Origin: Amoebophrya sp. A120
Lineage: Eukaryota; Protista; Dinoflagellata
Assembly (NCBI GenBank): GCA_905178155.1
Contig: CAJINV010000003.1
Span: 816,517 to 880,516 of the forward strand
Length of the DNA stretch: 64,000 nucleotides
Direction: 5' to 3'
The notes under the pieces were generated by a model. The model saw nothing but the letters and a program-made list of their open reading frames with translations, did not search any database and had not been told where the DNA came from. The position numbers and the translations under genes were made by a program. Numbering within the stretch: the first letter of the stretch is position 1; the number at the start of each line of letters is the position of its first letter. Positions 24,155-36,100 of this stretch are shown one piece after another.

Positions 24155-27132
24155 GTTTGTGACCCCACTGCTCAAATAATTACTTATATTCTCACTATAT
24201 ATAATACCCCCAAATAATTACTATGTACCCTCGTCGAAGAACTAAAAGCAAAAGGAAAAGAATTAAAATAAAAAGGCAAAAAAAAGTTCTTCCTCATCAC
24301 AGCACCGCTTTTGTACGAGCAAAGGAAAATACCTTGTAAATTTTCGCCAGCCTTTTTGCGACACTTTTAACAGTAGCAAGAGCTTCTTACTGTCTCCAGC
24401 AAACATTTATGTTTATGAGCAAGCAACTTATAATTTAAGCGTAACTTTCAAACTCAAAGTTTGCCGGAAGATAGCCGGCTTCTCAATGCTGTCGCTTTCA
24501 TTTTTTTTCCAGGTCTAAGCCAAGGACGGTGTAGCCAATTGGTATTTTTCTTGAACTAGCTCTGAGAGGAAGGCGAGCCCTTGCCCTTCAACCGGATTTT
24601 ACAACGATTAACTTTCAAGGCTTCCCAAGTTTCCAGTTTTGTTGTCTGTTGAAAATAAAGGCCGCTCTCTTGATGCGAAACGCAAAAAATCCATTTTACG
24701 GCCGTCCCTGGAGTTGCGAGTGCGTAGCTTCAGTTTCGAGCCCGACCTGGAGGGCAGATAGGCGCCCTTCGGTGGATCATTGATTGTCATTCAAAGTTTC
24801 TTGTATGCGACGAGGATGGAAGGCCACGGCATAGATACCGTGGAGACGCGTGGCACTAGAATAAATATGCATGTCCCGACGACAGCAGATGCTGAAGATG
24901 CGCAGCCGCAGGGGTAGTAGATAAATAATATGTGGCTTTCCATAAAAGTCCGAAGTGAGGGTCAAAAAAGTACCACTTAAAAAAAACGCAGGCGCTGTGG
25001 TACAAGGTGCACTCCTTGTAGATCATGTAGTCCAGTGCCCTCCTTGTAGATTTAGTCTTCGTAAACTGCACTGCTGTGCGGGAAAGTCTGCATGTCCTAA
25101 AACTTAAAATGTAAACAGCATGGGTTTAGGGTTTTTACATAAAAAGTAGTGGCGTCCGTAGAAGAAATTTACAGATCGTGATCTTGATCTTGTAGAAGCT
25201 GGTATATAATTCGAGGCTTACTTAGGGAAAAGGCGTGTTCTCACGTCGGAGAGGCGACCACAGTGCTCTTTCCTAGTCGTGTGCCAGGTTGCGAGCCCGC
25301 GCTTGTCTATCGAGGGTTAGAGTAACAGGCGCCGCCAATCGCCACCTAATTCCGTCCGTCCATTGTCATTCAAAGTGGTCAAAGTCAAAAAATATTTTAT
25401 TATTTATGCTGATGCTCTAGCTCTATTCAAACTTTAACTTCCCTTTGGGATTTTACTTTTGAATCAAGGTCGAAGTCGAATAATTTGAACATACTTGCTA
25501 CATGCAATTTTACAAGCTGACGCAAATTTTGTGTATGTTCGAACTCTCCGTGTGTTTAGTTTAGCATCGGCCCGTGCGTAGCGTAGCGTAGCAAGCTAGC
25601 ACGCATCTGTGCATCTGAACGCCAATCATTATTCTTTATCTTTACTCATTATATTCTTGCGGTCTATAATCTACAGTTAAAGTTATTGCCCCACCCCTCG
25701 AGCAGGTCGAGGCCGAGGGCAACACCCTCGTCGAGGAACGTTGCTGCTAAAGGTGCAACATTGCAAAAAGATTTTCTGAGTCTGAGTCTGAACTTTGAAA
25801 GTGCTCCCCCATAGAAGACGATAAAAGGCCAGTTATACGGCTTTTAACTCGAAAGCCAAAGCTGAGCAGTCTGAGCTAGAACTTCCCCCATAGAAGACGA
25901 AAAGTTCTTGGCAAGGTTTTAGTCCAATCAACTAGAACTTCTATGATTGAGACATGAGAAATCAAATGAAAAAAGATAAGGAAGCGTATTGTTGGGGTTG
26001 TTTGTTCGTGTTCCTCGCACCTCGCAGGGAATCATCTGACCATCCGCGATGAATTGTGCGCCCGCGATCATGTTCCGTGCCGCCTCTCACTCGTAAAGAC
26101 GCTCTATACAATAGATTTTGATTGTTGCATCGATCCACCTTTGCGTCTAGACAGACTGCGCTTGCTGTTATTGTTATCCACTGAGATCAAGAAATTATAC
26201 GTAGAGCAGATAGGCCTGCATTTATTTTCAGGCTAGCATCAAATAAGCGAAACAAGTACAAGCAGATGCAGAAGCAGTGCACATCAATAATGTTCTCCAT
26301 GGGAGAAGTAAATCATACGCACGCATCTTTCGACATATTAAGAATGAAGATTAAGTAGTCCGAAGCCGAACCAGGGGTCGTGCTAGTACAGCAGCAAGCT
26401 CTACGAGCGTAATAACAAACCATCACGCAAGAAAGCATTTTCAGGGTGTAAATAGACAAGAATATATGAAGAAGAAGTATTGAGTTTTCCTTTTCGAGAT
26501 CGTCTTCATCGAGATATCTTTGCTCAGTCAACCCGGGTGGAGCAACTCGATCTATTATTCAACCTGGGCGGGGTGATGAAGACCATTGTAGCTCACTTCG
26601 TTATGTGCGAGCAGCACGACTCCCCCACCAAACAGATAGCGGCGATCAAAAACAAGAATTCATTCAAATCGACGTTATTGACAACAATTTCAGGGCTCCT
26701 TGATAAACTCTGTATTCATCCTTTACCCGCTAAACTAATCTTTTTTTCGATTATCGTGTAATATCAGTTGTATGTTTTTGATCATGATGTACCGTTTTTA
26801 GCACGTGATGCGAGGGAAGAAGTAGTAGGTGAACTTTAACATCACACCAGCAAGCTATGAATATGATTATTTTGTTGGCAACATATAATGAGTCGACCTC
26901 GACATCGAGCATCTCGACGGCATGTTGATGTTGAATTCACATTCATCGTGCGCAACGCAAACCCAAGGTTTGAAATGATAATCATGGAAGTAAGTTAGTA
27001 ATGATTGTCGAGCCAGCCGGCGGCCCTGTACCTGTTTGATGATCTCCCAGAACTGCTTGTAGCGGACGATCCTTTTCCCATGTTCGGCTCAGCAGCTGCA
27101 CCGCTCGTCCAACGTCGATATTTAGCAGCAAG

Positions 27133-30100
27133 ATGAGCGGTATGATTCCCTCACAGCAGGGGCATCTGCATCTCTCTGGAGGTGGCAGTGGCGCCGGAGC
27201 AGGTGGACCACCACCGCCTGCTGCGCCGGACGGCAGTGGCAGTGTCAACATGCATATCAACGGCAAATATGTCTGGGTCTGGAAGGTTGCGAGATTTGTC
27301 ATGCATATTGTGGATCACGCAAATGGTGTCTGATGCAGGCAAAAGCATCAGAGGTAGTTTTGAGCACGCCTCAACATGATGCCTGTCTTGCATGAGAAAC
27401 TCTCTACATACTTCTTGCGTACCAAGAAATGGCCAGCTTTTGATGCTGGTGCTCGTCATGCAACACAAATTCTTGTGTGTTTTAGAGTTTGATGCATCAC
27501 AAGTCCCAGCTGCTTCCCAGACCCAGACATTATATTTGCAATGCATAATGCAGCAGGAATCGCAGGACCACCAGCTCCTGCACGACCAGCAGGAGGACTC
27601 CTTGAACCTGTTCTATGAAGGCCTCAGAATGGAAACCCTCAAAGTGGAAATAATTTGTGATGCATGGAATGCGACAAAAAAAAGCCTGTATAGCAGAGGA
27701 CGCAATGGAGGCCGACTATCGTCCTGCTAGGGGTGACGAACTGGAGTGCTGTTTAGCATGAGAGAAGGGTCGGACCCCTTTGTCTTAACCAGAATGACAG
27801 ACATGCTTTCAGTACTCCGGGAAGTTTGTCATGCGCCGACTACAAATGGCGCTTCAACTGGAGTCGTTTTTTTGCATTACAAATTTATTTCCACTTTGAG
27901 GATTTCCAACCTGAGGCTTTCATATGTTCCGCGAAAACGAACGGCTCAAGGCCGAACTGCGCGGGCGGTTAGGTTTGGAGAAGGAACTGAACAGTATGCA
28001 TTGCAAAAGTATAATCGTACTCGTATAAATGCATTACAAATTTCCTCAGCATGAGAAATAAAATGCGGACTTAGCTTCAGAAAAAAATTTGTAATGCATG
28101 ACTGCAATACGAGTGCGATACTTTTGCACAGGATAGACAGCCTGGAGAAGCAAAACCAAATCTTTAAGGAACAAGTGGAGCGGTTGGAGGAGGAAAATGG
28201 GCGACTCGTGCAGGACCAGATCAAGCAGGTCCAGGAGAGCACTTCCCTGGTCGGCGGGGGCGCGGGGTCCTCGTCCTCGTCGGCGCATGGCAACAAGAGC
28301 GGCACGACTGCCAGCGGGTTCATGCGGTCGGCGCTCGGTGCCGCCACCGGGTTGCTGACGGGTGCGGGCGCCGACGAGAGCGCGCTCGCGAAGGTATCCT
28401 GTGCAAAAGTATCGTACTCGTATAAATGCAAGTCTTGCATTACAAGTCCTATTCTTAAGGTGAATCCGCATTACAAATTTTATTTCTCATGCTGAGGGAA
28501 TTTGTAATGCATTTATACGAGTGCGATGCTTTTGCATTTGATAGAAGGAGCTGCGCGACAAGACGCGGGAACTGGAACTCGTGTCCCAGAAGCTGCACTA
28601 TGGATTGCAAATATGTCTGGGTCTGGAAGAATGCAAGTTTGTCATGCTTGTCTGGCATGACTCGAGAATCTGTATTGCATAGGCACGAAAAGGCCCTCTT
28701 GCTTGTCATGCAAAAACGCAGTTTGCCATGCGGAATAAGTAAGACATGGCAGCCAAGACATTTGTCATGCGGAGCTGCGTACTGCAATGCGTTCTTCATT
28801 CACTTTTAGCATTACAAGTCTCCAGGCGCAGACATTTTTGCATTTGATATGCACACCTCCGAGACGAATTTGAAGTTGCTGGGCAACAAGCAGTATCCTG
28901 TGCAAAAGTATCGTACTCGTATTGCAATCATGCATTACGAATCTTTTTCTTAAGGTAAATCTGCATTACAAATTTTATTTCTCTTGCTGAGAAAATTTGT
29001 AATGCATTTATACGAGTACGATTACGATACTTTTGCAGTTCATAAGCAGGAACTGGCGGAGATCAAGCAGCGAGCCGCCGCGGAGAAGCAGCAGAGCTCG
29101 GAAAAGCGCGCCCAGGAGATGCAGCTGCAGTACGAGCAGGCGAGGAAGACCCAGGAAAACGAGCTCGCGAAACAAAAGCGACAGGTCGCGATATCGTAAG
29201 GAAAAATCCCCCCTCCCCATATCGAAAGCGAAATTTGTGTTGCTGTATTTGAGTACACAAATCACATTCGTCTTGCTGGAGAGGACTGCAGACCCATACC
29301 AAGCCTGAGTAGAGAGGCTTTGACTTTGGCGCTTAGCATGAGAAGCGTCCGTGATGTTGGCTCAACAGCATGACAAACCGCCTCCATAATGGGACGGAAG
29401 CTGCTGCCTTTGTCTTCTTGCAACACAAACGTGATTTGTGACCTCAAATCAGCAACACAAATTCTCGAAACCTCACCTCTTCAATATGGGGAGGGGGGAT
29501 TTTTCCTTGTGATACGCGAGCCTGGAGCACGAGCGGAGCAAGGCGGAAGAGGAGAAGGAGGTCCAAAGGCAAGCGATACGCGACCTATGGCGTTCTCAAA
29601 CGTTACATTCTCAACTGTTACATGGATTTGTAATGCAAGACTAGCACAGGTGAGAGGGAGAACCTTGCGCGTCTTGCATTACAGGTTTGATCCGGATTAC
29701 AGTGCTATCTAGCCTTCCGAGAATTTGTCATGCGAAGCAGCTTGATCGTCTGGCGGGTCATGGTCATTTTGCATGACAAATCATGTAACAGTTGAGAATG
29801 TAACGCTTGAGAACCCCATACGACCTGCAGGAAGAGTTAGACAAGATGCAGACTGACTCACACGTGGGGATCTTGAGCAAGGTATCAAATGCAAAAATGT
29901 CTGGGGCTGGAAACTTGTGATGCAAGTCCGTGAACAGAAAGTGCTCTGTAATGCACCGCCAAGCATGTGCATGACAAAATTTTTCGTGGTGCTTCTGTGC
30001 TGCGAATTTCGCATGAGAGACGGCGCTTTTGCATGACAGGCAAGAGGGCCTCTTGGTGGCCACGCAAGACAGAGTGCAGAGTCATGTCAGATCGAAGCAT

Positions 30101-33100
30101 GACAAACCTTGCATCCTTCTACACCCAGACATATTTGCAATGCATACATGGAGCTGCAAGACTACAAGGCCGCGCACTACCGCCTCGAGGCAGATTTGAA
30201 ATCTGCCTGCAGCGAGAAGGGCAGCCAGCAGAGGATCTACGAGCAGGAGATCGCTCGCCTGCAGAAGCTCGTGAAGACCCTGGAGAAGGACGCGACAAGG
30301 CTCACGCAAGACAAGAACGTGCTGAACAGCAGCGTCACAGAAATGGAGAAGCGAATTGAAAGGCTGACAGGTATAAATATTTGTCGTCATCACGTTCTTG
30401 TGGTCGTCCTAATCGTGGATTTGAGACGACGAGCCTAGACGTCGTCACATTCGGATCAACTTCAATTGCGACATAATTTGGACATAGACTCACTGCATTC
30501 GAAAGACAAAAAAACACTTTGAAAATTATAAATTCCAGATATCAACTATGCCATGCGGCCGTACATAACGCAAAGCCACGCGGCGGCGGCTGGCGAGCAA
30601 ACAGGAGGGGATCTTGTGTCTGACCTCATGGAAGCGCAGGGCCGACTCACTGAAGCACAGCGCGATCACGAAAAGGAGAAGCAGAAACTGGTATAATCTT
30701 ACACGTCGTGGTTGGAATACTAACTTAGTATAGTTTTCGATTGATGACGTACAACGAACTTGCAATTGGGACAGTTGTTCCAATCAGCAGAACAAAAAAA
30801 AACCGTAGCGGAAGATGTAGTTCGAATGTCGTCGTGTTGAATATGACCTCTTTTTGTTTATTTCTGCATAGATCAAGTTGCGTCCACCGACCCCTTCTTT
30901 TTGTCTTTGTCAGGAAATGGAGTATAGTTCCCAGCTGAAGTCAATGGAAGCGGATGCGGAACAGAAAGAGCGCCACCTTCATATGGAGTTCTCAAACGTT
31001 ACATTCTCAACTGTTACATGAATTTGTCATGCAAAAGTACCTTAAGCCGGCAGATGAGCAACCTGCTTCGCATGACAAATTTAGGAAGGGCTAAGCAGCA
31101 TTTAGATCTGTGCCAAACTTGTGATGCAAAAGGCGCAATCTTCCTCCTTTCACTTTTGCCCGTCTTGCATTACAAATTCATATTTAACTGGTGAGACAAT
31201 AACACTTGAGAACTCCATACTTCAAAGCTTGCTGGAAACGCTCGAGCAGGACAATAAGTTGCTGAAGGAAGATATCGCAAGAAAAAAGTGTTACAGTTAC
31301 ACATTGTGTTGCAGGCGGCCGAGCAAGACAGACAAGCTCTGTCATGCCGGATATGCATACGAGCTTCGCTTCATAGGTGTTTTCCCGTAGGATTTCTGCA
31401 TTACAAGTTTTCTCTCTCATGCAGAGAAATTTGTGTTGCTGAATTGACATACAAATCTGTAACTGTAACACTTTTTTCGTGGGATAGAGGACTGCCGCTT
31501 GCTGACCGAGACGCAGAAACGCGAACGACAAACCTTCGCCGACGAGAAGCGCCGGCTGGAGCAAGCCCTCTCCCGGTCTGGATCGGCGGGCTCCGCCTTG
31601 AGCGCGCAGATGGACCAGCACCAGTCGTTGCAAATGCTGCACCACGAACTGAAAAAAGCCAATGGAGAGGTCGAAGCCAGCCGGCAGCGCGAGCGCCGAA
31701 TCCAGCTCCAGTGCGAACGCGCCGAAGAGGAATTGAAAGAAAAGGTGTGAATTTTATATCGTCATGTTCGACGTGGTGCCCTTCTTCTCAACATTATGAT
31801 AAAGATCATCTTTCAGGCTACTCAGCAGGCAGGACAGAGAAAGCGGAAGCGCGCAGAAGCGGTCTTTCCTGGCTCGATGTTTTGTTCGTAAAAATATCAT
31901 CTTTCCCCATGACCCCTGATGAATATTTTTATCCACGAAATTTATTCACCAGGAACTCGAACTGAAAGAGTTGAGGCACCGGGCGCTGACTCACGGCAAG
32001 AGTACCACCAAGCTGCAGACCCAGATCGATACCCTGACCGAACAGTGCAATCGCAAGGACCGCGAGTTGGACGAGCGCGGACGCGAGCTGGAGGAGCAGA
32101 AGAGCACCCTCGCGGCGTACAAGCGGCATCTGCAGGAGCGGAACGACGAGATCCTGAAGCTCGACCGGGAGCAGGCTCTGTGGAACCGCAACAAGCTGCT
32201 GTTGGAGACGGATCTGAACAAGCGGCAGCGCCTGCTGGACGACCTTCAGGGCGAGGTGGATTCCCAGCGGCACACGCACAAGCAGGAAGTGCAGCGGCTG
32301 CAGGGCGAGCTGGAGCGGGAGACGGAGGAGAGAATGCACCGGGACCGCACGATCGCTTCCATGGAGCAAACCATCCAAGAGAAGGTGGACGCCCAGTTGG
32401 ACGACCTGATCCAGATATGCATTGCAAAAGCGTTGTACTAGTATGAATTGCATTACGAATTTTCGCAAGAAGAAAAGTGGAATTTGTAATGCTGTTTTAC
32501 CTTTGGAGGAAGATTTGTCATGCATATTTGCACTTAGTACGAGTGCGATACTTTTGCACAGCATACCAGATCGAACGCATCAATTTCGACGCCCAGTCGC
32601 GCGAACTCCGCGCGGAGCTCGAAGTGTGGCAAAAGCGGGCGCGCGACGTATCCTATTTAAAAACGTCCCCACCCCATAGTTGTAATGCAAATCTGCATGC
32701 TGAAATAAAATGTGTCTCATGCGGAGCCCCATGAGAAGCATTTTCTAGTCGTGTTTTGCAATTTGTCATGCTCCAATCAGCATGGTTTGCTAGATCTGTG
32801 ATGCTCCTGAGCTAGCTCAAACAGCACTACACTACGAATCCAAATTTGTCATGCAAAACGGCCAAAACTTGTGGATTTGTCTAGCCGATTCCCCATCTTG
32901 ACTATGGTGTCGGGACGTTTTTACTCAGGATACGACGCGGACCTGCTGCATAGTGGTACGACGACGAACAAGAAAGCTGCCGGCAGCGTTCTTTCACCGG
33001 CACGCGGCGCGGCCGCTGATGATGTCGATCATCCTGCTAGTACTTCATCCCAACAGCAGCAGCAGCAGCCACCCGCCGTAGCTACAACTACTACTAGTAG

Positions 33101-36100
33101 CTTATGCCTTGGACGCTCGTTAGCATACAGAGGGGTGAATTTGCAGTGAATTTGTCTTGCATGACTTGCATTTACTTTAAAAGAGAAGTGCGCTGCGTGG
33201 TAAAGGGCTGGACACGAGCAGCCCAAGCAGCTCACGCAGCGTGAAGGGCTGCTCGGCGCCAGGTGGCACTTGCAGCACCGAAAGAAGCGGTCTTACGGGG
33301 CCCGCCGGACCGTGTAGTGCATAACCAAATAAGAAGGTGGATCGTGGGGCTCTTGTTCATCTGCGCGTTTACCTCAGAAGTTCCTCCCCGGAATGGTCGA
33401 AAGGGAGGGCGACGCCTGAACACAGGGGCACTAGTTCAACGCGTACGCTCTCGCGAGACGTTGTTTGGAATTGGATATCTGGGAGTAGCCTCGGGTGGAA
33501 GGGAAGGCACGACTCGGCCGCGGGCACTAGTTTGCTTCGCCTGCTGTGCTCGGCTTACAACTCCCCAGGTGTGTTTTTGCCTCCGGAGCAAGTCTTATTC
33601 GACGTGACCCCCAGGTCAAGACTTCCCTTGGTGAATTTTAAGGCTTTTTGTTTTTGCGACACTTTCTGGAAGCCCCAAAACCCGGAGTTTCTCATGCGCC
33701 AGCGCATTTTGAACAGGAACCGGAGGACAAAATTCACCGGCGTCCTTTCCAAAATTCACCCCAAAATTCACCGAGCGCCACTTTTCGACCGTGATAAGCA
33801 AAGTTTAGCGCAAAAAAGTGCTCAAAAAAACGCACAAGTAGACCCTGGGAAGTGGGGCCGAGGGGAAAAGACAGGCGCCCGCTGTTGCCCTTAGCGCCTC
33901 TATATTCTGCCGAAAAGGCCTGGAGAGTTCACGCGCCTGCCGGATAGACGCGTCAAAGCTATCGGCCGGGTCCTTCCACCTTTGCTTCCGCGCCTTCATC
34001 TTGCCTAAACTGCACTTATGTGCTTCGCGGTTCTTGTTTTTGGCGTCTTTGCCGCGGCTGCTGCAGTGCTTGCTCTTTTGCAAGCACAGGAAGACGAAAA
34101 GACATGGCCAAGAAAGAATGACGCCCAGGCCATGTCCAGCTGCCCGCCGCATAAGCCTGGTGTGCAGAACCCACTTCCCAGAAGAGCAAAAGGGACAATG
34201 TCCCCTCTGCTATTTGTCATGCAAAATTCACTACAAACTCACCACTTCTCATGCTAACGGGCGTTAAAGCTCTAACTAGTAGCGCCACTGCATCCCAACA
34301 GCAGCAGCAGCAGCCACCCGCCGTAGCTACAACTACCAGTAGCGTTACCGGTGTCGTGCCGCCAGCAGCTACTTCGTCCGCCTCATCTCCCGGTAAACTG
34401 CACCATCAAGTGTCTCCGCGGTCGGCCGCTGTATTGGTGGAGGCGTCCAGCATGGCGAGTGAAGGCCCCCGACGCACCATTTTACTCACCTTGATGGAGG
34501 AGAAGGAGCGCGAGAAGAAGGAAGCGCTGCAGCACGAACGCGAGGCCAGCGCCAAGATCCTGGAGGACGAACGCCAGAATTTCGGTAAAACGTTGGAGCA
34601 GGAGGCTGGGAAGCGAAAGGACCTGGAGGCGAGGTGCGAGGAGCTGCTGTCGCAGTCGAAAATGGCCGAACTAGAGGTCGAGAAACTGCGGCTGGAGATC
34701 GCCTCGCGGGTGAGTGCGGAGGAATTCGCGAGCTGGCGGGAGAAGCACGACGCGCTGAAGCAGCAGCTGGAGCAGTTGCAGCAGCAGAAGGAGGAGATGG
34801 AGAAGACCTACAAGAAGCAGGCCCACGTGGACTTCGCGACGCGCAAGGGCCTCGAGGACCAGTTGGCCAAAAAGGATTTTGACATCCAGACGGCGCGACA
34901 GCTGCAGGAAAACGAGCTGCTGAACCGGCACGAGATCCAGGCGGAAAGGGACGGGCTGAAAATGAAACAGCAGGAACTGGAACAGAAGGTGAAGAAAACC
35001 ACCGCGGAAAAAACCACGCTGCAGGAGGAGCTCACCAGGTTGCAGAAGGAAAAGTCCAGTGACGACGAGTACTACCAGAAGACGCTCACCGTGGCGCGGG
35101 AGCAGAAGCAGTATCCACAGTAAATTTGCCGTACATGCACGAAAACGAATGTGGCTTTCGCATGACAATATTTACCCTCAAGCCTCTTCAGCATGACAAG
35201 TTGCTTCTCCTAAGGTGGTGAGATAGAGATTTGTGATGCATTTTGTACATGTGCGGGAAATTTGTATTGCATAGGCAACAACTGGAAAGCATGATCCAGG
35301 GCCTGGTCGTCGGTCCGGAGGACATGCCGCAGTACTTGGAGCAGGCGCGCCGCATCGAGGAGGTGGCCAAACTGCGGGTGCGCGAACTTGAACTGGAAAA
35401 ATCCGCGCAGGCGGACGAAATCCAGATGCTGCAGCGCAACGAGGTTCTACTAAGGGAAAAACTGGACCACGAATCCGCACTGCTCGCCAACGTCCGGGTG
35501 CAGCTATGAACTGCAAAAGTATCGTACTCGTAGTAATTGCAGTCATGCAAGACCAAGAAGAGAAATTTCATTTTCAAGCTAAATCAGCATGAAAAATTCC
35601 GTTTGTCATGCGCAGCTAATTTGTGTTGCAATACTAGCTACGAGGGCGATACTTTTGCAGTTCATAGCAGCTCCAAGACGCCAAAATCGACGACACGAGC
35701 GCAAAGGAACTGGAACTCGTCAAGAAGCGGTCGGGGGAAATGGAGCGGAATTTGTCCGAAGTCAAGAGGCGCTGCGAAGAACTCGAGCAGGAGATGATTC
35801 AGGTATAAATACGTTAAGCTTGTTGATGACCACGTCCACGACGTCGACCTGCTGGCCGCGGCCGCCGGGTACTCTGGGTTGCGTGTCGGCGCCTTCCCCC
35901 TTGCCCCCTCCGCCTATCCTTCCGAAGCGGCCGCGCTTTGATGTTGGATTTGTGATGCTGATGCCCGAGCGCCCTCAATCAAAGCCGTGGCCTCTTCTGG
36001 GTGCGGAGGTCACAGCTTCAGCATGATGGCAAGACCCCTGCTACGTAGGTTGGGAGCAGCTCGCGTTTTAGTTTCAAAGAGTTCGCCTCCCTTTGGGGGC

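Noticed and set aside
25122-25134. GGGTTTAGGGTTT telomere-like motif
   Set aside because: Fewer than two full units; expected by chance.
25806-25900. Direct repeat cccccatagaagacga, two copies
   Set aside because: Short local duplication with no TIR, ORF or further copies seen.
27255-30146. Repeat-spacer alternation resembling a CRISPR array
   Set aside because: The repeats are inverted, belong to different families and bound 140-320-bp elements; the spacers are in-frame exons; no cas genes are present.
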